NCBI RefSeq assembly: GCF_009914755.1
Contig: NC_060926.1
Source: the human T2T-CHM13v2.0 reference genome, Homo sapiens
Direction: 5' to 3' (one strand)
DNA length: 64,000 nucleotides
Part shown: piece after piece, positions 39,790 through 52,270 of the stretch
Layout of the letters: each line of letters begins with the position of its first letter
Numbering within the stretch: position 1 is the stretch's first letter
Made by a program: the position numbers and the translations under genes
The notes under the pieces: model-generated
What the model was told of the DNA's origin: nothing
What the model saw: only the letters and a program-made list of their open reading frames with translations
The model's database searches: none

Positions 39790-42700
39790 GTTTTTAATCT
39801 TTTAATCTTATTTCCATAGGTTTTTGGGGACAGGTGGTATTTGGTTACATGAGTAAGTTCTTTAGTAGTAATTTGTGAGGTTTTGGTGCACCCATCACCC
39901 AAGCAGTATATATTGAAACCAGTTTGTAGTGTTTTATCCCTCACCGCCTTTCTACCTTTCCCCCCTGAGTCCCCAAAGTCCACTGTGTCATTCTTATGCC
40001 TTCACATCCTCATAGCTTAGCTCCCACCACTATGAGTGAAAACATATGATGTTCGGTTTTCTGTTCCTGAGTTACTTCACTTAGAACAATATTCTCCAAT
40101 CCCATCTAGATTGCTGCACATGCCATTATTTCATTCCTTTTTATCGCTGAGTAGTTTTCCATCACATACATACACATATATGTATGTATACATATATGTA
40201 TATATGTGTGTGTATATATATGTGTGTGTGTGTGTATATATATATATGTATATATATATATACACCACAGTTTCTTTATCCACTCATTGATTGATGTGAT
40301 ACATATATACCATAGTTTCTTTAACCACTCATCGATTGATGGGAATTTGGGTTAGTTCCACATTTTTGCAATTGTGGAACTATAAACATGCTTGTGCAAA
40401 TATCTTTTTCATGTAATGACTTCTTTTCCTCTGGGTAGATACCCAGTAGTGGGAGTGCTGGATCAAATGGTAGTTCTACTTTTAGTTCTTTAAGGAATCT
40501 CCACTGTTTTCTATAGTGTTTGTACAGTTTACATTCCCACCAGCAGTGTAGAAGTGTTCCCTTTTCACCACATCCACGCCAAAATCTATTATTTTTTTAT
40601 TTTTTGATTATGGCCATTCTTGCAGGAGCGAGATGGTATCACATTGTGGTTTTGATTTGCATTTCCCTGATCATTAGTGATGTTGAGTATTTTTTCTTAT
40701 GCTTGTTGACCATTTGCATATCTTCTTTTGAGAATTGTCCATTCATGTCCTTAGCCCAATTTTGATTGGATTTTTTGTTTGTTTTCTTGCTAATTTGTTG
40801 AGTTCATTGTAGATTCTGGATATTAGTCCTTTGTCAGATGTATAGATTGTGGAGATTTTCTCCCACTCTGTGGGTTGTCTGTTTACTCTGCTGACTGTTC
40901 CTTTTGCCATGCAAAAGCTCTTTAGTTTAATTAAATTCTGCCTATTTATCTTTGTTTTTATTGCATTTGCTTTTGGACTCTTCGTCATGAAATCCTTGCC
41001 TAAGCCAATGTCTAGAAGGGTTTTTCCAATGTTATCTTCTAGAATTTATAAAACTATAAAGTTTCAGGTCTTAGATTTAAGCCTCATTCCATCTTGAGTT
41101 GATTTTTGTATAAAGTGAGAGATGAGGATCTAGTTTCATTCTCCTACATGTGGCTAGCCAATTATTCCAGCACCATTTGTTGAATAGGGTGCCCTTTCCC
41201 CACTTTAAGTTTTTTGTTTGCTTTGTTGAAGATCAGTTGGCTGTAAGTGTTTGGGTTTATTTCTGTGTTCTCAATTCTGTTCCATTGGGCTATGTGCCTA
41301 TTTTCATACCAGTACCTTACTGTTTTGGTGACTGTAGCCTTATAGTATACTTTGAAATCAGGTAATGTGATGCCTCCAGATGTGTTCTTTTTGCTTAGTC
41401 TTGCTGTGGCTATGCACACTCTTTTTTGGTTTCATATGAATTTTAGGATTGTTCTTTCTAGTTCTGTGAAGAACGATGGTGGCATTTTGTTGGGAATTGC
41501 ATTGAATTTGTAGATTGCTTTTGGCAGTATGGTCATTTTCACAATATTGATTCTACCCATTCATGAGCATTGGATGCGTTTCCATTTGTTTGTGTCATCT
41601 ATGATTTCTTTCAGCAGTGTTTTGTAGTTTTTCTTGTAGAGGTCTTTCATATCCTTGGTTAGGTATATTCCTATTTTTTTTTTCGCAGCTATTGTAAAAG
41701 GGGTTCAGTTCTTGATTTGATCCTCAGCTTGGTTTCTGTTGGTGTATAGAAGAGCTACTGATTCGGGTACATTAATTTTGTATCCTGAAACTTTGCTGAA
41801 TTCACTTATCAGTTCTAGGAGCTCTTTGGAGGGGTCTTTAGGGTTTTCTAGGTATACATTCATATTATCAGCAAACAGCAACAGTTTGACTTCCTCCTTC
41901 CTGATTTGGATGCCTTTTATTTCTTTCTCTTGTCTAACTGCTCTGGCTAGGACTTCCAGTACTATGTTCAATAAAAGTGGTGAGAGTGGGCATCCTTGTC
42001 ATGTTCCAGTTCTCAGACGGAATGCTTTCAACTTTTACCCATTTAGTATTATGTTGTCTGTTGGTTTGTCATATATGGCTTTTATTACATTAAGGTATGT
42101 CCCTTGTATGCCAATTTTGCTGAGAGTTTCAATCTTAAAGCGATGCTGGATTTTGTCAAATGCTTTTTATGTGGCTGTTGAGATAATCATGAGATTTTTG
42201 TTTTTAATTCTGTTTATGTGATGTATCACATTTATTGACTTGTGTATGTTAAAGCATCCCTGTATCCCTGGTATGAAACCCACTTGATCATGGTGGATTA
42301 TCTTTTTGATATGTTGATGGATTCAGTTAGCTAATATTTTGTTAAGGATTTTTGCATCTATGTTCCTCAGGGATATTGGTCTGTAGTTTTCTTTTTTTGT
42401 TATGTCCTTTCCTGGTTTTGGTATTAGGGTGATACATGCTTCATAGAATGCTTTAGGGAGGATTCCCTCTTTATCTTGTGGAATACCATCAATAGGATTT
42501 GTACCAATTCTTCTTTGAATGTCTGGTAGAATTCAACTGAGAATCAGTCTGGTCCTAGACTTTTTTGTTGGTAATTTTTTTTATTACCATTTCAATCTTG
42601 CTGCTTTTTATTGTTCTGTTCAGGATATCTAATTCTTACTGATTTAAGGTAGGAAGGTTGTATCGTTCCAGGAATTTATCCATCTCCTCTAGGTTTTCTA

Positions 42701-45700
42701 GTTTTTGCACGTAAAGGTGTTCATAGTAGCCTAGAATGATCTTTTGTATTTCTGTGGTATCAGTTATAATAGCTCCCCTTTTGAGCTTATTTGGATTTTC
42801 TCTCTTCTTTTCTTGGTTAATCTTGCTAATGGTATGTCAATTTTATTTATCTTTCAAAGAATCAGCTTTTTGTTCCATTTATCTTTTGTATTGTTTTTTG
42901 TTTGTTTGTTTCAATTTCATTTAGTTTTGCTCTGACCTTGGTTATTTTCTTTCTTCTTTTGGGTTTGGGTTTGGTTTGTTCTTGTTTCTCTAGTTCCTTG
43001 AGGTGTGACCTCAGGTTGTCTATTTGTGCTCTTTCAGACTTTTTGAGGTAGGCATTTAGGGCTATGAACTTTTCTCTTAGCACTGCCTTTGCTATACCCC
43101 AGAGGTTTTGATAAGTTGTGTCACTATTATCGTTCAGTTTGAAGAATTTTTAAATTTCCATCTTGATTTCATTGTTGACCCAATGATCATTCAGGAGCAG
43201 GTTATTTAATTTCCATGTATTTGCATGGTTTTGAATGTTCCTTTAGAGTTGATTTCCAGTTTTATTCCACTGTGGTCTAAGAGAGTACTTGACATAATTT
43301 CTATTTTCTTAAACTTATCAAGACTTGTTTTGTGGCCTATCATATGGTCTATCTTGGAGAAAGTTCCATGAGCTGGTGAATAGAATGTGTAATCAGCAGT
43401 TGTTCAGTAGAATATTCTATAAATGTCTGTTAGGTCCATTTGTTCGAGGGTATAGTTTAAATCCATCGTGTTTTTGTTGACTTTCTGTCTTGATGACCTG
43501 TCTAGTGCTGTCAGTCGAGTATTGCAGTCCCTCACTATTATTATGTTGCTGTCTATCTCATCTCTTAGATCTAGTAGTAATTTCATAAATCTGGGTGCTC
43601 CAGTGTTAGGTGCATATATATTTAGGGTTGGGATATTTCCCTGTTGGACAAGGCCTTTTATCATTATATAATGTCCTACTTTGTCTTTTTTAACTACTGT
43701 TACTTTAAAGTTTGTTTTGTCTGATGTAAGAATAGCTATTCCTGCTCACTTTTGGTGTCCATTTGCATGGGATGTCTTTTTCCATCCTTTTATCTTAAGT
43801 TTATATGAGTCCATATGTGTTAGGTGAGTCTCTTGAAGGCAGCAGAGAGTTGGTTGGGAATTCTTATCCATTCTGCAATTCGTATCTTTTAAGTGGAGCA
43901 TTTAGGCCATTTACATTCAGTGCTAGAATTGAGATCCGAGGTACTATTCCATTCATCATGCTATTTGTTGCCTGTATACCTTGTCTTTTTAATTGTTCTT
44001 TTTTTTGTATTTTTATTTTATAGGTCCTGTGTGATTTATGCTTTAAAGAGGTTCTGTTTTGATGTGTTTCCAGGATTTGTTTCAAGATTTGTAACTCCTT
44101 TTAACAGTTCTTGTAGTCCTGGCTTGGTAGTGGTGAATTCTCTCAGCATTTGTTTGTCTGAAAAAGATTGTATCTTTCCTTCATCTATGAAGCTCAGTTT
44201 TGCTGGATACACAATTCTTGGCTGCTAATTGTTTCGTTTAACGAGGCTGAAGATAGGGCCCCAATACCTTCTAGCTTGTAGGGTTTCTAGTGAGAAATCT
44301 GCTGTTGATCTGACAGGTTTTCCTGTATAGGTTACCTGGTGCTTTTGCCTCACAGCTTCTAAGATTCTTTCCCTTTGTCTTGACTTTAGGTAACGTGATG
44401 ACCATGTCCCTAGGTGATAATCTTGTTGTAATGAATTTCCCAGGTGTTATATGAGCTTCTTGTATTTGGATGTCTAGGTCTCTAGCAAGGCCAAATAAAT
44501 TTTTCTCAATTATTTCCCCAAATATGTTTTCCAAACTTTTAGATTTCTCTTCTTCCTCAGGAATCTCAGTTATTCCTAGGTTTGGTTGCTTAACATAATC
44601 CCAAACTTCTTAGAGGGTTTGTTCATTTTTTCTTATTCTTTTTTCTTTGTCTGTGTTGGATTGGGTTAATTTGAAAACATTGTCTTCAAGCTCTGAAGTT
44701 CTTTCTTCTTGTTTGATTCCATTGCTGAGGCTTTTCAGGACATTTTGCATTTCACTAAGTGCGTCCTTTATTTCCTGAAGTTGTGATTGTTTTTTATTTA
44801 TGCTAGTTATTTCACTGAAGATTTCTCCCCTTATTTCTTGTATCATTTTTTTTTATTTCCTTAAATTGGACTTCAGCTTTCTCTGGTGCATTTTTGATTA
44901 GCTTAAGACTGAACTTCTAAATTCTCTTTCAGGTAAATCAGGGATTTTTTCTTGGTTTGGATCTATTGCTGGTGAGCTAGTGTGATTTTGGCAGGGGTTG
45001 GGGGGTGGCTGTTAAAGAACCTTGTTTTGTCATATTACCAGAATTGTTTTTCTGGTTCCTTCTCATTTGGTATGCTATGTCAGAGGGAAGATTTAGGGCT
45101 CAAGGCTGCTGTTCAGATTATTTTGTCCCACAGGGTGTTCCCTTGATGTAGTACTCTCCCCCTTTTCCTAGGGATGTGGCTTTCTGGGAGCCGAGCTGTA
45201 GCGATTGTTATCTCTCTTCTGGATCTATCCACCCAGCAAGTCTACCAGGCTTCAGGCTGGTACTACAGTTGTCTGCACTGAGTCCTGTGATGTGAACTGT
45301 CTTTCGGTCTCTCAGCTGTGGGTACCAACACCTGCTCCAGTGGAGGTGGCAGGGGGTGAATTGGACTCTGAGAGGGTCCGTAGTTTGGGTTGTTTAATGC
45401 ACTGTTTTTGTGCTGGTTGGCCTCCTGCCAGGGGGTGGTGCTTTCAAGAGAGCATCAGCTGTGGTAGTATAGGGAGGATCAGGCGGTGGGTTGGGGGTCC
45501 TATAACACCCAAGAGTATATGCCTTTTGTCTTCAGCTACCAGGGTGGATAGGGAAGGACCATCAAGTGGGGGTGGGGCTCGACGTGTCTGAGCCTTGGGT
45601 GGGTCTTGCTGCAGCTGCTGTGGGGGTTGGGGCTGTGGTTCCCAGGTCATTGGAGTTATGTTCCTAGGAGGATTATGGCTGCCTCTGCTATGTCATGCAG

Positions 45701-46380
45701 GTGGTCAAGGAAGTGGGAGAAATCCAGAAGTCACACTCTTCAACCAGCTTCCACATGACCCAAAAAGTGGGTCTCACTCCCACTGTGTCCCACCCAGCCC
45801 CATCAACAGCAACAGTCTGTTTCCAGCCAGCAGGTGAACAGGGCTGAGAACTTGCCCCAGGCTACAAGCCTCCCAGCTGCAAAAGCAAGTAGGGCTTTTG
45901 TGCTTCCCCACCTGTGGATTCTGCACAACAGATTCATGCCCTCCCCTGAGTTCTGGCCAGGAAACTTTGCGTTTGGTTGGAATTTTTACAAAGTTCAGCT
46001 GGAGATTTCCTTCTCCCTGTGGTCTTTTCTTAGTTCCTCCCCTCCCCAAGGACCCCTGTCAGACAAGTCTGAAATAGCTTCCCAGGAGACTCAGAGCCCA
46101 CAGGGTTTTTGCCACTGCTTCCTCTACCACTGTATTTTGCTCAGCTTTCTAAATTGACTTAGCTCCAGGTAAGGTCAGAATCTTCTCCCATAATTTAGAC
46201 CTTCAGGTTCCCCAGTGAGGGTATGTGTTTGGGGGCAGACGATCCCCCTTTCCCACCTCCACAGCTTAGGCACTCACAGTATTTGGGCTGTCTCCCGGGT
46301 TTTGCAGGGGCAATCCACTTCCTTCAGAGGGTCTGTGGGTTCTCTTGGCTTTCCTGGTTTATTCCTGCAGTATTCTGGAG
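39790..46380 (-). mobile_element. Near-full-length L1PB (L1PB1-like 3' end, L1PBa-type 5'UTR), inactivated
   Basis: Minus-strand ORF pieces: ORF1 (44271-44846), endonuclease (MIKGLVQQGNIPTLNIYAPNTGAPRF, 43404-43664), RT ([17 protein letters not shown], 41705-41971), and [19 protein letters not shown] (41162-41419); many stops and frameshifts. Confidence 0.93.
40165..40262. repeat. (TA)/(TG) compound microsatellite inside the L1 3' region
   Basis: Direct reading. Confidence 0.9.
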
Positions 46381-46470
46381 TGGTTAGTTAACACTGAGGT
46401 TTAAAACCCTACACTCTTGCCAAAACTCAAGGAAAACATGGGCAGCTCCCTCCATCTCCTCCCTTCCTAG

Positions 46471-46971
<501 letters not shown>

Positions 46972-47802
46972 GAGAGAAGGGAGTTTTAAATGTTCTTCAG
47001 TGTTTCCAAAGGGCCTTCTCCATGACCATTGCTGCTGTAAGCTTTCCCCTATAACCAGGAGGTCTGGCTACCCATGGCCCCACATCCGAAGGCTCAGTGG
47101 GTAGAAGAGCTGAGCCTTCTCTGGTGAGAAGTGAGGTGCTGGGCTTGGATCTCGGTTTTTCAGCACACTAACCCAGTTACCACCCTCTTTCCTTCTCTCT
47201 CCACTAGTCACACACCCCTGTTTTCTAGGTGTGAACCACTGACAAAGCATTTTTCATGCACCTTGCTTTGGTGGTGATGTGGCCCACATCTACATAGGCT
47301 CCAACTACTGCCAGCAGCTGGTGGAATGACTTAAGGTCTAGCAGAAGTCATATGGATAGGTCATATTGATAGAGTCATATCGCTATCCCTGGCGATTACT
47401 GCAGGTGCAGTAATCAGCTCAGACAGCACTGTGTGTCTGCTTAATCAGATGAGTGTCTGGATGATGTGTGTTATTTGAGAAGAGCACAGAGATTTGAGTA
47501 GTTCAGCCCAGATTCAAGCTCTGACTCAGCTACTTACCCACCCAGTACATGACGTGAGTGAATTAGTTAACTTCTCTGAGCCTATTTCCTTATCTGGAAA
47601 ATAGAATTAATGCTGACATCATAGGATCACTGTGAACTAAAGTGGTTAATTAAAAACAAAAGTATTTGTGAGGTATGAAAGCCTGCAGTGATATGGGACA
47701 CCATAAAGGTGGAGAACGTAGTATCTGAAGTTGAAGAGCCCGGCACTTGGGTTCCAGCTACACTGGTCACTAGTGCGGGGACCTTGAACAGATGCTGATG
47801 CT

Positions 47803-48806
47803 TTTATTTTTAATATAGACTTTTTGTTTTTCAGGCAGGGTCTCCTTCTATCACCTACGCTGGAGTGCAGTGGCATAAACATGACTCACTGCAGCCTTGA
47901 CCTCCTGGGCTCAAGTAGTCCTCCTACCTCAGCCTCCTGAGTAGCTGGGAACACAGGCACATGCCACTATGCCCAGCTAATCTTTCAGTTTTGTAGAGAC
48001 AGGGTCTTGCTATGTTGCCCAGGCCAGTCTCAAACTCCTGGGCTCAAGCAATCCTCCCGCCTCAGCCTCCCAAAGTGCTGGGGTTACAGGCATGAGCCAC
48101 TGTGCCCGGCTAGACTTTAATTTTTAGAGCAGTATTAGGTTCCCAAAAAAATTGAGTTGGAAGTACAGAGATTTCCCATATATCACCCCCAACCCCAGCT
48201 TCCTCCACTGTCAACATCCCATGCTGAAGCGGTACATTAGTTACAATTGATGAACCTACACAGACCCATCATTATCACCCAAAGTTCATACTTTGCATTA
48301 GTGTTCACTCTTGGTGTACATTCTAAGGGTCTGGACGAATGTATAATGACATGCATCCACCATTACAACATCATGCTGAGTAGTTCCACTGCCCTAAAAA
48401 TCCTCTGTTCTTCACCTGTTCATCCTTTGTTGCCCCCAGACCCCTGATAACCACTGATGCTTCTACTGTCTCCATAGTTTTGCCTTTTTCATAATGCCAT
48501 GTAGTTGGAATTACACAATATGTAGCCTTTTCAGATTGGCTGTTTCACTTAGTGACATGCATTTAAGCTTCCTCCATGCCTTTTCATGGTTTGATAGCTC
48601 ATTTTCTTTTAGTAATGAATAATACTCCATTCTCTGGATGTACCAGTTTATTTATCCATTCGCCTACTGAAGGAAATCTTGGTTGCTTCCAAGTTTTGGC
48701 AATTACAAATAAAACTGCTGTAAACATCCATGTGCAGGTTTTTTTGTGGATCTAAGTCTTCAACTCAATTGGGCAAATACCCAGGAGAATGATTGCTATA
48801 TCATAT
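47803..48806 (-). mobile_element. L1MC 3' fragment, interrupted by AluJ
   Basis: tttttagagcagtattaggttccc...gttacaattgatgaacctaca...ccagtttatttatccattcgcctactgaagg. Confidence 0.85.
47821..48110 (-). mobile_element. AluJ
   Basis: Reverse Alu; TSD TAGACTTT. Confidence 0.92.
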
Positions 48807-50222
48807 TCACTTTTCTGAGCCTCATTTTCTTCACTGGTAAAGTGGAGATAACAATAGTCCCATAGGGTGATTGTGAAGTTTAATTGAGATAATGCACATG
48901 AAGCCCTTAGCAATGCACCCAGCACATAGGCAATACTCAACTAATGGTAGCCCATCCTTGTTATCCTATTCAAGAGTAATGACAATACAAATGTGAGAGA
49001 TGGAAATTCAAGTATTGACCGAGGGATATGACACATGGAGGTGGCATAGTCATGCGTCATCTGTCCATACTCCAAGAGGGCACAGGGCAACAAGAAATAC
49101 TAGAAGACAGTCAGGGCACCACTGCTGCCATTGAGGTGGGATCTGGTCATCTCCTAGGGCCTGTGACCCTGAGTCCTGCAGTCCTGAGCTGCCAGGGTAG
49201 GGGAGGTGGAGATCAACCCATGGTCCCACAGTGAAGTGTGTCCCAGCTTTAGCAAACCAAGGTATCCTCCCACTGTGCATTCCTCTCCTCCCCAAGCCTG
49301 CTCCTCCAGCAGCTCCCCACTCCCCTCCTTTTGACTCATCTGAGCCAAGCCCTGTCCCTAACTAGAAACTCAGAGGTGATGAAAACAAAGTTTTTTCCTC
49401 GCTTCACTTACTTCCTGTGAACTCGCTTAATTGTTCCCAGATTACTAGGTCACCAGGAGGATTTGGTACCTTGGATTTTTTTTTCTTCTTCTTCCTTATG
49501 CTTTCTGGAGACAACAAGGGTCACTTGGGGTCCAGCCTTGTGTGGCAAGGGTATGCTGATCGGATTTCTCTGGAATCCATTTCTGTGGTGTTTCTTGAGT
49601 GAGGGGATGGACTGAGTGGCCTGGGTGGTGTGTGGCTTTCAGAAAGCAATGCATTATTTTCTGCAGAAGTAACTAAAGACACGTTCTCTGAGCCTCCAGT
49701 GATAGGCCATGTTAGCTGGAAACAATAATGGTGGTTGTATTTCTGTTGTTTCTATCTCAGCCTTTCTTTTTCAGGCTGCCATAGAATTATTAAATGGTTT
49801 GAGTCAAAATCAGGCCTGAGCCTTTCAGAAGCCTTTCCTTAGACAAACACCGCTGGTAACGCTTTAGTTTAGCCTTCTGACAAGTGGGTCTCATTACTCC
49901 ACCCATGTGCCCTTCCCCTCTGCTCCCATTCCCCTCTCTTGGATAAAAGCCTGGGGAGGAGTGAGAACTGCTTTGCCCTGTGCTCTTGGAGCAGGGCCTT
50001 TCTCTCAGGATACAAAGCCCTTGGGGAAGCAGGCAATTCTGCCCATGATGCTTCTGATGCTTTGGGTGGAAAAGGTTGCCACCCGAGAGCCTGGTTTAGG
50101 CACCACTCCAGCAACACCCAGGAATCAGCTGAGTGTCCCCCAGCATGTCACCTCCACAGTGAGGGTGTTGGACCTGATGACCTCTTCTAGATCCATTTTT
50201 AAACATTTCTCCAAGTGACTTT

Positions 50223-50432
50223 AGCACTACCCAGTAGAGGTTTCTACAACGATAGGAATGTTCACTAAAGGCTACCCTGTACAATAATGGCAGCCACTGG
50301 TCACGTGTTGCCTTTGAGCACTTGAAATGTGAATGGTACAGTGCAGAAAGACTTATTTCATTTAATTTTAATTAATTTAAATTTAAGGAGCCACAAGGGG
50401 CTAACGGCTACCATATTAGACAACACAGGCCT
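50223..50432. mobile_element. MER3-like hAT relic
   Basis: aataatggcagccactggtcacgtg...gagcacttgaaatgtg...ggctaccatattagacaacacagg. Confidence 0.7.
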
Positions 50433-50479
50433 AGGCTACTGGATTCTGTATGTTTAAAACTGTGTGTTCCATCCATTCT

Positions 50480-51480
50480 ATCTAGAAATTATACCACATC
50501 CACCCATGTCTCTTCATTTCCACAGTATCCACCTTAAGCTGAGCCACCAACATCTCTTTCTTAGGAAATGACAATATTTACTCCTTGGTTTCCTTTCTCT
50601 AACTTTAGCTCCCTCTGATCCGTTTGCTACAGTGAAAAGTGATCTTAAAACAAAACAAAAACAAAAATTGACCAAGTTACTCTTCTCCTCAAAATCCTTC
50701 AACAACTTCCCCACTGCAGTAAAATTGAAAACCCCTCATGAGGCCTGCAAGTGCCTGCATGCTCTGAGCCCTGCTCCCTTGAGTGTCTGCACAGTCTGAG
50801 CCCTGTTCCCTCAAGTGTCTGCACACTCTGAGCCCTGTTCCCTTCAGGCCTCATGCTGTCTCAGTCTCCCCGCTGTACCCACCACAAATTAGGCTTCTGG
50901 AAGCCATCAAACCCTTTTTCAGTTCAGGTCCTTTGCTTAAACTTCCCATTTGTTCTAGAGCTGTGCTGTCCAATACAGATGCCACTAGCCACATGTGGTT
51001 TTTAAGAAATATGTATTTTTTCATTAATTAAAATTAAACAAAATTTAAGATTTATTTCTCAGTCACACTAGACACGTTTTAAGTGCTTGCTAGTCACATG
51101 TGGCTGATGGTTACCATATTGGACAGCACAACAGTTCTTTTGGACAGCACAGTTCTGGGACATTTTTCCCCACACTTGAGCTTAGCTAATTCCTACCCAT
51201 CCTTCAAGTCCAACATTCCATAGAGGCCTTTTCTGACCCTCCACTCTAAATTAAGGGTCCCCGCTTTATTTCTCACAGAACCTGCAATTTTCCTTTTCAG
51301 TTCTTCCAACTCTTTGCAAAATTATAGTTACGTGTCTGACTGTTTAATATTCATGTTTCCTATTAAGATCTAAGGCAGTGTCTCTTTTGTCCACCTGTCA
51401 ATCCTCAGCCCCTGTCTCAGTGCCTGGCACTTAGCAGGAGCTCATTCATGTTGAGTGAATGAATGAAATAATGAATACGT
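50480..51480 (+). mobile_element. L2 3' fragment with a MER3/MER33 insertion at ~50957-51155
   Basis: Ends cagtgcctggcacttagcaggagctca...gttgagtgaatgaatgaa; internal ctgtgctgtccaata...tggacagcacag. Confidence 0.7.
50749..50844 (+). repeat. 3 x 32-bp minisatellite
   Basis: Consensus AAGTGTCTGCACACTCTGAGCCCTGTTCCCTT; units start at 50749, 50781 and 50813. Confidence 0.9.
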
Positions 51481-52094
51481 ATATAGATGGGTATAGTGGC
51501 TAAACATCATTTACTTGCCTAAAGAAACACAAAATCAAGAGTGAGAGCTTAGGAAACACATGGTCCTGAAATAAAACTCTGACTTCCATTCTTATTCTAA
51601 CCTTTGGGAGCCACTGTCTCCTCATGTAAAAAACGAATGTTATTGCCATCTTAGACTGCTGTGCTGAGGAGTGAATGGGCTGACACAGGCAAAGCCCTCA
51701 ACATATAATTATAATAGGTGTCATGTGTACATGCGTTTTTTTCTCTTTATCCCCTCTGCTATGTCCTTCTATCCTTCTCCATGGTCCCCTCCCTTCCACG
51801 CTGCATCTCTGGACCTGGCCTCTGCGTCTCTCATGCCTCAGGCCCATCCCTCTCTAAGAGATCTTTAGTTCCTGCCAACCTGTCACAACTCAAGGATTAA
51901 ACTAAACATTTCTCCAGCATAGAGCACCCCCTATGTTTGGGCATTCTTCACTGTCTTCCCTGTATGTGGCTGTATAAACCAGCCTGAACTACCTTCCCAC
52001 CCAGAGCTCATAAAGGCAGACTCCAGCCTGCAAATGCTCTCAGAATAGCAGGTGCTCTTAACACCTGGCAGAGAGCGGCCCCATTCTCTTTGGG

Positions 52095-52270
52095 CATTTT
52101 CCATCAATTTGTATCTGCAGACCACATGCATCAGAATCACCTCCAGGGCTTGTTTAAAATTCAGATTCTTGGGTCTCACTCTAGATTTATTTAACCAGAA
52201 TCTCTGCAAGGGGGGCCCTGAACCTGCATTTTCAATAACCAGCTCAGATGATTCAGAGCTCTTGTCAAGC
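52095..52270. mobile_element. MER5 hAT relic
   Basis: gcatcagaatcacctccagggcttgtttaaaattcagattcttggg...cagaatctctg...ctgcattttcaa. Confidence 0.75.

Noticed and set aside
40263-40341. ~45-bp tandem duplication next to the TA/TG microsatellite in L1
   Set aside because: Ordinary slippage product beside a microsatellite; no sign of function
39790-46380. Active L1
   Set aside because: ORF1 and ORF2 are fragmented, the RT motif FADD reads FADN, and the subfamily is old
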